64,000 nt of DNA, taken from positions 9,610,001 through 9,674,000 of the forward strand of contig CP075497.1 in the NCBI GenBank assembly GCA_021613535.1, given 5' to 3'. Position numbers and translations under genes: made by a program. Below the pieces are notes generated by a model. It was given only the letters and a program-made list of their open reading frames with translations. It searched no databases and was not told the origin of the DNA. Of the stretch, positions 11,692 through 24,905 are shown piece after piece. Source of the stretch: Adineta vaga (lineage: Eukaryota; Animalia; Rotifera). Numbering within the stretch: position 1 is the first letter of the stretch; each line of letters opens with the position of its first letter.

Positions 11692-14600
11692 TTAACACAT
11701 AGTATTTGAACAAGCACATTGTTTGAAAAAATCAAGTGACTGTCTATATGTAAAACCACTTGTACATGTCATACGAAAGAATCGACGTTTGGGTTCAACT
11801 GGTTTACAACATGATGATTGAGTACCATTTGTTAATGATGGACATAAACCTGTACATTTTGACATACGTAAACGTCGATTACTTGTACATTTTGTCAATG
11901 GATCAATATAATATCCTGTTTCAATACTTAAACCACATGAATGTATTAAGGGTAATGCAACTGATGTTGATATTGCTAAAAGAAATATTAATAACTACTT
12001 TCGATTTAAAAGTAAAAAGAAAAGATCATTTACGTTGACTACATGTCGAACCAGTATATCCATCATGACAAATGCATCTGTAATTGAAATTATTTAAACG
12101 ACATTGACCATGTTGACATGTAGCAGTTGTACATGATGATTGATCGGATTCATTATTTTCACAACCAGGTAATATTTTATGACGATAATCAACATTAGCA
12201 AAATTAACTGGATCATCATTGATATAAAGTGCATGAACACAACCTTTGAAATCGAACAGAAAAAAGTTATTTTTCAAAAATTTGTTTTAGAATATTGTCC
12301 TACCTTGAAATGATGTTGCTTCGCGAATATGCCATAATTGTAAAGCTCTCGCTGTCATATCATTAGGTATACCAGCAATGTATAAAGCACGAATTTCAGT
12401 TGTATTCAAATAAGCACGCTGACCACGATTATTAATATACCGTGTATAACCTCGATCAACAGTTAAACTAAAGTTTTGTCCAACACTAATCAATTGTAAT
12501 TCATGAATTTTACCTAGAAGAATGAAATTCAGATATTAATTCTTCTTAAATAAGATTATATAACAGAATGAAAATTAAAATAAACAAATTTCTTACCATC
12601 ATTAACAGTATCATAACTAAACATGACAGAACCTGGTGAATTGCTAACATCATAACTAACACGAATTCTTCCCATAAAAATTTCCGCAACCATATGTCCC
12701 AAATGTCCAAAATAAACTAAAACTCCGCTACTATGTGTTGTACTAAATATAATTGTAATATTCGAACGTGGATAAACATTTGGTTTAGGTAATTTCATAT
12801 ATGAATCATTTGTTATTGAATGAACACTCTTTAACATGACACATCGATCACCAATAAAACCTGGATAACATCGACATCGAAGTTTATTCATGGATGCTTC
12901 ATAACAAATACCATTATTGGAACAAACTTCAGGTGAACATCGTGTAGTTACTGTTTGATTTATAGTAGTTATAAATGATGCTTTTGATTGTGGAGCAATT
13001 TCACAATGTTTACCACTAAATCCTATGTCACATTTACACGTATAACCATTGACATCATCAACACATACACCAAATTGACAAGCATGATTGGAACAATCAT
13101 TTAAATTGTCAGTACAATTTATTCCTCCCCAACCCGATGTACATTCACATCTAAATCATACACGTATTAGACAATCCTTGACATATTCGCTTTTTCAATC
13201 GCCTTACTTATAGCCATGATTTGTTCTAGAACAGCGTCCATTATTGTTACATGGATTCAATTCTTTTTCACACCAGTTTAATTTTACTTCACAATATTTT
13301 CCTAGATAAATCAAAACATATTTAAATGAAAAGTTCTTGATCTCTCTCTCTCTCTCCTCCTTACTTACCTGTAAACAATGGTGAACAATTACATGAATAA
13401 TCATTTATTTTATCAATACATATTCCATTATTTATACATCGATGAGAAATACAATCATCTATATTAATTTCACATCGGTGTCCTGTAAAACCTATTGGAC
13501 AATGGCATTTAAATCGACCATCGGCAAGAGCTTGACATCTTCCATTCGATTTACATGGATTATCAAAACAAGCATCAATTATTTTTTCACATCGATCACC
13601 ATGATAAGTAGGCAGACAATCACATGTAAATTTTTCTGTTGATAATGCACGACATGAACCATTATTAAGACATCGATTTTCTTCAGCGAAACATGGATCA
13701 CATTTTCCACGATGACGTCTCGATTCACTTTCATCTAAAGATTTGTTTTTTCAAGTTACATAATCAGAAACAAAAGAGCAAAAATAATAGATGACATACT
13801 GTGACATTGAAAGAAAAATATTGGAGATGTAAGAAGCAGTTTGTTTGCCATCGGAGGTGGTCCAGCACATCGAGCAATACCTATTTAATTATGAGAGAAT
13901 TTTACGAAAACAATCATCGAAACATATCCAACTGTGAGATAAATATTTATTTATTACTAAGAAATATCAGTTGTCATTACGTAATCAAATTCTTATTGGT
14001 AACAAAACATTCGTAAGAAAAAGTTTGTTCTTTCTACCAATGTACTCAAGATGAAGTATTAAAGTGATAAAAGACTCTTCCAATTCAATTTTAGAAGTTA
14101 AGATGTCTATGATCTAATCGTTACTTTAACAATTCAAGGATATTCACATAACAAATCGAAAAAACTCCTTACCAGGTTCGACATAATCCGTTTTAATCCA
14201 TGATGATAACCATCCAAGATGACAATCACAATAGAGTGGATTGCCACCCAATGCACTAGAAAACAGACAAATATAATTTTTACTATAAATCTCTCATTCA
14301 ATTTCACTTACACATGTGATAATGCTGTCAGATCATTGAATGAACCTTCTGGTATGGTTGAAATTTCATTTCCATGTAATGATCTATAAAAGAAGATGAT
14401 ATAATTTTTGACAAAAAAATCTCCTTCCTAAAGTTCATACGTACAAGATTCTTAAATTTTTCAATCCTTTGAATGACGATGATTCTAAACAACGAATTTT
14501 ATTATAGGATAAAATCAATGTTTCCAATCGAGTTAAATTTGAGAATATATTTGCTGGTATAGCACGTAATTTATTATAACTTAAATCGATTCTCATCAAA

Positions 14601-17600
14601 TAAATAAGACGATTGGTTAATTCTAATGGAATATCTTGTATATCATTCGCATCTAGATATAATTCTTCAGTATCGATCGGCATTTGTTCGTACGGTATTT
14701 GTGTTAATTGAGCATGTGAACATCGGACAACATGGTTGTAACATGAACAATTTTGTGGACAAGAATTTGGATAAGAAACATCGCATGCATCGACTTCAGT
14801 AGCTAGATAAAGAAATTCAAAGCATTTTGTTTTAGAATTTATCATTATATACTTACGATTACAAACAAAATCATCATCAGTTAAATTGACAATCTAAAGA
14901 AGAATGAATGAATGATTATTTCATTGAATTTATCTAATAACTGAAAATACTCACTGGAATATTTCGTAATTTCGTAGGTGACATACATCTATATACGAAA
15001 AAGAAATTAATAAACAATGACAGGAACATGAAGACACTTACTTTGGATAACCTGTGACAATTTTACTTTGTTCTAACCAATTTTTCAACCATCTCATATG
15101 ACAATTACATACAAATGGATTGGATAAAAGATCTCTACAAAAATGAAGATGAACAAAAGATTTTTTTTCAAATAATCAATCTTACAAAGTCGATAATGAT
15201 TGTAATCGATCGAAAGAACCAGGTGCAATACATTTAATACGATTATCATGTAATGATAATGTTTTAAGTGTATCCAAATCCAAAAATGTATCATTTTTAA
15301 TATGAGTTAGTTTATTTGTTCGTAACATTAATGTATGAATATTTTTTAAACCATTGAAAGTATTCGTTGTTATTGTATTTAAATTATTATCACTTAAATA
15401 TCTGAGAAGAAAAGAATTAATTGGGTATTTGAGTTCAAAAAAATTCAAAAGAAAATATTTTACAATTCAGTGAGAGACTCAGCTCCATCGAAAGCATCAT
15501 CATCAATTTCTTCCAAACGATTATTTCGTAAATCCCTAAAATACGATCAAGAAAATAATGAACAAAATCTAGGAAATCATTGTTCAGATACATACAATGT
15601 ACGAAGACTACGTAAACGACGAAAACTACCATCACGTGACACTCGTTTGATTAAATTGTCTTGAAGATGACTATAAAATCATCAAAAAAAAATGAATAAA
15701 CTAATTTATCTGTAGAAAATATTCTGATATCTCTGGTACGATTTCTATCGGTATTATCGTCAGATATCGATGCAAAACTTAACATATGACTTACAGTGCG
15801 GTGGTAAATGCTGGTATATCACTAGGTATTTCTTGTAATTGTAGTCCACGACAGGTAACAATTGTTCCATCACATGTACAACTTTTAGGACATTGAACAC
15901 TACACTGAGCACTATAAGCTGTTTGTTCATATTCCATTCGATCTAATCAAATAAGATTTTTGTTTTGCTTTTTCAATATTAGAAATTAAGATTAAGAAAC
16001 AAACTTCGACAACGAAATCTTCGATCGTTTAAGACGCCAAATTTACGTTTTGCCATACGTCGTGGTCCAGCACATCGAACGCCACTTGTTTCAATTTGTT
16101 TTCCACGTAAATAAGCATTTAACCAACGAAGATGACAATCACATATAAATGGATTACGTGCCAAATGTCTGGAAGAATATAATTAATGATTAAATATCAA
16201 TTTAAAAACGAAGACCTATAAACTTACAATGTTTGAATACTTTTCAATGGTAAGAATGTTTCATTTGATAATGTTTTCAATTGATTGTCATACAATGATA
16301 ATAAACTTAATTTTTCCAATCCACGAAATGTATCCCCACGTACACATACTATTTTATTTGCATTAAGTAATCTATATACAAAATAAAGATATCATTCTGA
16401 GTAAGAATTCCTCAGAATATTCATTATCTTTACAAATAGATGCAATCATGTCTACAAACAACAAGCATTCTAATCTAAGCTTACTCACAAGAGTTGCAGA
16501 TGCGTGAATTCATGATGAAATACACCGAATGGTAAATGCACAAGCTGATTGTTTGAGAGTATACTATATCCATAACCAATAAATAAGAATAAATAATTCA
16601 TGCAAGTGAGTATGTGAAAGATATTTTTAAAAAAATGATAAAATTTATCGGCATGACAAATTAATTTTCATGCGATTTTCTTTTTTTTTCTATTAGATTA
16701 GAACCAACACCAAATATCATGACAAAAGTGTAAATATGCAAATGTGAGTATTTAACATGCCTTAACTCCTATATCAATCTCATTCATTCATTCTCGATCA
16801 CTCACAAAAGCTGTAAAGAGTTCAATTCATTGAACACTTCAGATGGTAACATTTTGAGATTATTTCGATAGAGAATACTAAATAATGTTGATACTCATGG
16901 AAAATGAAAGAAAAATCATATACGTACAGTGAATTAAGTGATTTCAGACCGGCAAATGAATCTGGATAGATTGTTGTTATTAAATTATTGCTTATATCTC
17001 TGAAAGTAACATTATCATTTTTGTGAAATGTTATTTTTATAGGAAAAGTCTTCTTACAATCGTCGAAGTTTTTTCAAATGAGAGAATATTTTCGGTGGAA
17101 TTTCTGTTATTTGATTTTTTTCCAAACGTCTAAAATTAGTTTAAATTCAATCAAATGAAATATAAGAAAGAAATCATCATACAATTCAATTGTTGTATCT
17201 GGTATATTTCTCGGGACTTCAATAAGATCTTTATCTTTACAATCAACAACACCATTAAAACATGTACACGGATATGGACATATAGGTACATTGCATGTAT
17301 AATCGATGTCATCGATATCTATTTACGAAAAATGAACACGCGATAACATTTTTCTAATGTAAATTACTTAGTTTAGATCTTACCCATACTATTGCATTGT
17401 TTTTCATCATCAATTAATGATGTTATATCTCTCAAAGTAAGTGTATTTGAATCTTGACATCGAGCATTGAGACCAAGAAAGGGATGTAATTTAAGATATT
17501 TAGCAAGCCAAAGAAGCCGACAATCACATACAAATTGATTATCATGGATTCGACTATAATGAAGAAAACAAATAGATGACATTTTACAAGAAAAAAGAAA

Positions 17601-20600
17601 AAAAAGAACAAAGCATGCAAGTACATTATGTAAGTGACAATTGTTTGATGAATACTTACAAAACCCTTAAATCGATAAGTCGTGCAAGTGGTAATATAGG
17701 TAGAGTTGTTAAATTGTTGAAATTCAATGTGCTAGAAAAGAAAATACTCTATAAAACACACACACAACAACAACAACAACAAAATATTCAAAAAACAAAA
17801 CAAGTATATATGCAAATACTAATCAATTACGATTTCTAATTGAAATAAAATTCTACTCTACTCTATTCTATTGTTATTCATAATCAACTATATTGATAGA
17901 AAACATCACAGAACGTCTCCGGATATTACTTACATAATCTCCAATCGATTAAATCCATTGATAGTTTCTGCTTCAATACAACTGATTTCATTGTGATCCA
18001 ATTGCCTATACGAAACAATATGTCGGATGTGATATTATACAGGAAAAAGAAATTACACTTACAAATTATCAATCTCTTGAAGACCTTGTAATGTGCCTTT
18101 TTTAATCGCACGCAGTCGATTAGAACTAAGATCCCTATTTGTATGGAAAATTAAAATAGATCTGTTTTTATTTTTTAGTCAATAGAATAGCATACAATCG
18201 TTGGAGTTGTTTAAGGGATGAAAATGTACCATCAGTAAGGTGATTTAGTTTATTGCCGTTAAGACGTCTACAAGAAAACATAAATATACAGTTTTCTATT
18301 GATCTGTCAAATAATTTATCAATCACTCTCATCATCATCATCATCATCATCCCATTTTTACATCTTAGTCATTCATTCATTCATTCATTCATATTATATA
18401 AATACACTCCACTAAGTACTCCTGGATATTGATTGCCTGTCATTAGACGGCTTCAGGCAGGGAACAACAAGAAGGCAGGTTACATTACTTGTTCATTTCA
18501 ATTAGTCTCTATCAATATGTCTGTTCAGTGAACCGAACAATGTATAGTCAGACAAATGATATGGTCGGTCATAAAAATACGAAAGAGAGGGAGGAGAAGA
18601 AACAAGCATTGAGCTTGTTCTCACTCTCTAAATACAGTTATCGACGGGTCACAAATAACTATAATTTCAAGAGTAAGAACACAGCGGTCATTGCAGACAT
18701 ATGGTAGCAATTGTTAAATATTACAAGCTCATATGCGATGAACTATGATGATGATGATGATGATGACGACATAAATAATTTGGAACAAAAGCATTGTCTG
18801 AAAATACTTACAGTTTTTCTAAGGATATCAGATCTCGAAATGCATCAGTATCAATTGTATGAATTTGATTGTCTTGAAGATTTCTAGAGAAAAATCAAAT
18901 ATATAAATCATAAGAAGATGTTTACACCAAACTGACAATTTCTCAAGCTTTCTCTTTAGATAAAAAAAAAGAATTCACATCAATGTGACCTCGATACTTG
19001 TTATCATCACGTCTTAATGTCTTTGAAGTGCATGTATGCCTTGAACTTGAACATGAGCATATTCTCTAATCTTCAGACATTTTCATTGTTTCAAATATAT
19101 ATTACTGTAATTATTTAAAAGATATGAACATCCGATTAATAAAAGTCATGAGTTTTTTTTTTCATTTGTACATATAAACATATAAGAAGAAAAGATGAAT
19201 AGAGTAATCCTTTTCAGAGAAGGTCATTAGAGTAGATATTCTCTTATTTGTATTCTTTCAGCCTGAACTACATACAAAAGTTTATTGAATGTATAATTTT
19301 CATACAATATATATATATGTACATTATATGAAATCTTCAACAGCTTGTGTGTGTGTGCTTATTCTCTTGTTCTTCTGCTTATGTGTCTACTTGACCTTGC
19401 CATTGTACGAGTGTCGGAAGAGGAAAAAGAGCTCTTCACCTTGTCAATAGAAGAATATCCATTTTGTTCAAAAATGTTCAAAACGAATTTCTTTTAAAAC
19501 GATTTCATCTTTTGTTTTTCTAACATTAATCATACTTACAAAATACGTAGTTGTCGAAGTGCTTTTAGATCATCTTTACGGATTATTGATAAATTATTGA
19601 ATTGTAATTCTCTAGGAAACAAGAAACAAAAAAAATAATAAATAAATCAATCAATCAAATACTAATAAAACAGATTTATATCAATTTGTCAAATTCAATC
19701 ATCTGTGATAATAAACAGAACAGAATTCAGTTTTTTTTCCAATCTAATAACTTTGAAGTTCTCTTGAGAAATGAACTTTATCAGAAGTCTCTTTATTACA
19801 CATCTTGTGTAACATGTGGCAATCATTTCCCTCTTCTTTTGCTCTTTATTGTAGATAATTTATCCAATATTATATATTTTATTGATGATTACAAAGAAAT
19901 CATCACATCGACACGTTCTTCCTATTCCCTATCTTTCACATACGTCAATTATGCAAATAGATGAATATTTAAGAAACTAAAACAAAATTGTGTAATATAT
20001 TAATGGGAGAATTTCGATATAGAAGATACATGAAGACTAATTTAACGGTCTATTTACACATTTATGCTTTTATATATATATATATATATATTGATTAGTA
20101 TTTGGTTCATTTATGCCTTGATTTATTAGAATGTAGGTGACAATGAATAAAGCGAGGTCATACAAACAAAATCTATGTATACACAGAAAAGAAAAGAAAT
20201 AAAAGCGAATAAACCATTATGATAATCGACCAGAACACAATTTGCTCTTTAGACTGCTTCAACAACACGAACTCTTCATTTGCCACATCCTTCTTATATT
20301 TCTTTCGGATAAGCATCGATAATTGAAGTAAACTGATTTCTATCATTACTCAGTGGGTGTGATTGAACGAACATAATTGTCCTTGATATTTCATCGTCTA
20401 ACTATTTTCTCTTTAGGTTTAGATGATTGAGTGAGTGTAGAAGAAAACGTTCTCTAAGTTTTGTTATCATCGATTACTCGCTGAGCTCTTTAGTATGATG
20501 CAATAATTCATCTCATCATACTTGTAGTTGACAGGGCACCTTTGGAGTTCGAGATACTAGTAGTTGTAAATGGGCGGGTCATGTTAGTAGTCGTAGTTTT

Positions 20601-22443
20601 TTCACATCAGTATGTCAAGCTTTGGTTTGCTCTCTTTCTCTCTATTGTACATATCCAATTCTTTATATGTCCATGGTTGGTGTGAACCATTTATTCATTA
20701 TAATGAAGGCGAAAAAGTCGAAAAAGAAAAAAATGTTGGTTCTATCGTATTTGTATACATATATGTATATACATATTTAAAATACAGGTGAAAAGAGAAA
20801 CCTTTCAATCATTCTACTTTCGCTGAACACATTTATGAACTATAATCATTGTTCTTTCGTACAAATACTTTTCGAATGAAACCATAAAGAGTAAAAAGCA
20901 ACGGCACGAACTTTTCTTCTTTTTTCTCTTCTTATTGAACAACAGATGTATTAGGTCAATACAAGAAACAATATTCCTGTCTTGAAATATAAAAGAAATC
21001 AGGCGATTTTTACTTCTTCTTCAAACATCTTGTCCGAATTTGAAGGTACCTGATCTCTAGTTGCATCACGATTGATGAACATTGACCTTTTTCTTTTTTT
21101 TTCTTTTCCTATTGTATGAAGAAATATACTGACAAGAAAATGATTCACACAAATAGAACAATGATAAGACACAATACATCGATTTATATAGATGAACAAA
21201 GCTTGAGCGTCAATCTTGTCTACGATCATCTAAGGTGTGCGTGCATACTGCATTTTATTCTTTCTCATCATTCACATTCAAACGATTGTTATTCTATATG
21301 ATCAACAAAAACACTTGGCATTCACTTTACTTTTGTTTACGAATAGCGTGTGTATGTCGTAATCTCTTTCATATATACCGTTCATTGATTCATCTCAACA
21401 TAGCGAGAAAAGCTAAAGAGCGTGCACACGCGTCAACGACAACGTTAGTAAGAAGTATACATATATCTATATCTCTGCGTATATCTGTATACAATGATTA
21501 TTTGTTCCGTTCCATACTCAAAGATCGATATAAATACTTGCCGATTATGATTAAGGTTGCATAAAAGATTTTATGATGTAATACATAAAGAAATTGTACG
21601 GTAGCATAAAAGAAAAAGAGAAGAAAACGAGCGGAAAGATTGACGCAAAGGGAAGGTCTATTTATCTGTCTGTGTTTTTTGGATGAAGACATCTTTATCA
21701 GTCTTCAATATCTCCATATATACATATATATATGTCTATCTAGGAACGATCATAAGCTTAATCGATATGATTTAAATCGATCGAGACTAACTGAAAATGA
21801 CAGGCGAGTGATCGTAAAGACAACAGTTATATTACATCAGTATGAAGTTATCAATGGAGCGAAGCGACGCGGCGATGTCTTCTTTACGAAGGACATAGGA
21901 ATTCATCTGTACATTCCTTTCTGATAAGATATAGAAGAAAAAGAAATGCGAGAAGCTCGTGAATTTCTCGTTGACTCTCATTTTCCAGTTTACATCACAT
22001 CGATATACACCTGGAGAATTCAATCACATTCTTACTAAATTCAATTGTGCGTAATGACATCATCATCACCATCAATAGATTGAGCAGTTGAACTACTCTC
22101 TTACAAGTTAATCCCATTGAATCGTCATGCAAACACGTCTCAAAAAGAAAGATTAAGGTCTTCTCTTTTTCATTCATTGATTATATATATATATATATAC
22201 GTTTATCAAGGCCAAATGAACAACTTTATCTTTCTTTTCTTCCGTTTTTTCTCATTAATTAATTAAAAGTACTTACAGTTTGAAAACATTTCGTGGGATA
22301 CCAGATGGTAGAGTTTGTAGTCCTCGATTGCTACAGTCAACATTTGGTCCATGACATGAGCAAACAGTTGGACATGCATCAGTAATGTGTTGTTGAAGTA
22401 ATAAAAGAACATAGATACTACACGTTAATAAAAGTAGTGTCAT
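11692..22443 (-). CDS. slit: Slit axon-guidance ligand (4 LRR domains, 6 EGF, laminin G, EGF, cystine knot), many exons
   Basis: Exon 1 (22277-22443) is [42 protein letters not shown]. 72-nt LRR exons follow (e.g. 19540-19611, 18812-18883, 18196-18267). Also [15 protein letters not shown]...[14 protein letters not shown], an EGF series at 12830-13735, LamG at 12170-12830, and the C-terminal ...SSCCKP...[10 protein letters not shown]. Confidence 0.97.
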
Positions 22444-22719
22444 CTTATTGCTATGAAAATTCGTCTTTGTTGATTTGGTTTAAACATCAGTCGTAACAAT
22501 CAGAGTATAGTGGGTTATATGATTATAAATAAGAGTTCTGGTAACCAGTATCAGCAGGCAAGCAGATACATAAGAGAAGAAATGCGATAATTGTTATATG
22601 ATGAGAAGAAGGAGTTATAGAAGTAACAGCATCAGCAATAGAAGAAGTAGCAGTGACGTTGCTCTTTATTCATATACGTTACTTGCATATATACATATAC
22701 ACTGGACATTCAGCAACTC

Positions 22720-22892
22720 TCTTCTCGTTCGTTCGTTTGTTCGTTCGTTCGTTTTTACACTCTCTTTCTATAAGAACAAAAAAAAAAGAACTAAGAAGAA
22801 AACGAGCGAGAGAGAGAGAAGAAAGGGAGAGAGACAGACAGACAGAAAGAAAAGAATAAGACCAGAGGCGAAAAGAGAGAGAGAGAGAGAGT
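22720..22892. repeat. Microsatellite cluster ((TTCG)n, (GA)n, (GACA)n) upstream of slit
   Basis: Directly visible: ctcgttcgttcgtttgttcgttcgttcg, gagagagagagaa and gagagacagacagacag. Confidence 0.8.
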
Positions 22893-24905
22893 AAAAGAAT
22901 TGATTGTGATACTGATTACTAATAATCGTCGATGAGAAAAGAAGAATCGAACAACTATATTATAGACATTGCAGACGCAACATAACTACTGATCAAAAAG
23001 ATAGTTCTCAAATTCAGCGTGACTAACGATGAGAACGATTGTACTATTCAGATAACCTCGAAATCCGATCTCATCTGACTGTTTTGAGGCTTCAGGATCG
23101 CTGACAAGTGTCCTGGCGGTGGGTCAGTGAAGTGAAAGAAGGCAAGTAAAAGAGAAACAGGCTAATATATTTATTGAGGCGACAATCGTTGCCTCGAGGG
23201 TAGTAAACAGAATAGCGGACTCGTTCATTCTATTGTCTCTTGATGTATTTTTCATACAACAAAATGGAATAGGCAACATCATTGTCATTTGTCTATTAAT
23301 ACTCATCCATACCACTTGATAATCAGATTTAAAAGAATCAGAAGAATAGAATAGCACGAATAAAATTGATGAGAATGAAGAAAATCGTTACGTCGATCAT
23401 TCGCTTTTGTGAGCAATTAGACGTGCTACACGCGTATATATATATATATATACATATACGTACTCATCTATACATTGCTTTCTTCTCGTTCTAAGTGTGT
23501 ACAATTGGACTATCATCATGTACTACTAGTACTCATCTACTATTTACATCGTTCATCAACTTCTTTTATAGTCAGACATGATGCTTTTTTCACAAGAAGT
23601 ATTTGCAAATCATTCTTTTTTTCTAATCAAATACTTCGATGTGATATGTTCAAACAATGAATTATTCTCACGATCACTTGTCTGTCATATGCATTTTGAT
23701 ACAATACAAGAAATATCTATGGAAAGAAACTTCTAACTCAATAGAAAAAAACACGTTGTTCGATACATCAATTTTATTCTGTTAATTAGTAAATATTCAC
23801 TAAAAGCATAACATGTCTATTCTAATTATGATAGACAATGATGATCAAAAAGAAAATTTAGCAGAAGATAAATGTAGTCTACAATATCGAAGAGCAGACT
23901 GATAAACAATAGCCTTGTACATATTATAATTAATCAAATTAATCAGTTCGATAGATTTCTTATTGTTTATCTTCAAATAGATTTGTTCGGGTTTTCTATT
24001 TTTTTGTAAAATAGTACATCACTTATGAAATCAACACTTTCTTGTAGGAAAATATGTCAGCTAAGATTTATCTATATCTATCATGATGATGATGATGATG
24101 ACATATCATCGATTATCTAAAGACGAACTGTCATAATGATACGTAGATGAAAATTTATCAATAATAGTCAATTGACATCAACGAGAAATTTGATATGAAG
24201 ATATTTTAGAATGAATATTTCAAAGAATTTTATCATGCTGGTTATGTACCATGATATTTATTTGTGTACCGTCAATATAATGATATACTTAGCTAAAGAT
24301 TATTTGAAGGACAAATGAGAAATGATTTGATTAGGCTTCTTATCGACGATTCAATAATCTGATTAAAATATGGCTTCCATATTAGAATAAAAAGAAAACT
24401 TTTTAAGTTTGAAAAATGAACGTGTGATGGATCGATTGATACTTCATATCCAAAATTGATGAAGAGATTAGATTCGGTAATCAAACATAAATTAATATTT
24501 ATTTTGATTTTTTATTAATGTCGAAACCTTGAATGTCCAATGGTTTCTTTCTTTTATTGAAATATATTAAATCAAACGATCTTTTTTTCTTCTCTTTCAA
24601 AAATTATAATACACTATCGCGTCTTCTCGCAGATAAAAGAAAAAGCTCCTATTGGAAACTAGCGACCTCTGATGATCCAAAAATTTTCTATGGATGTTCA
24701 AATATCCATGGAATGTTATTTATAAAATGACTCAACTCAATATCAATAGAAGAATAGATTTAGCACGTTTCGTTCACTCTGTGGTAGAATTACAAAACTT
24801 TTTTGTCCCAAAAAACGAGTCAGAACTTACGCAATTCAATCTGTACTCTCTGTATATAAACGATATGCGCACTTAGTCTGTAGAATATTTTAGATCAATA
24901 TTCAA

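Noticed and set aside
19686-24876. Short ORFs in the slit introns and upstream region
   Set aside because: They have low-complexity or microsatellite-derived composition, no motifs and no coherent exon chains.
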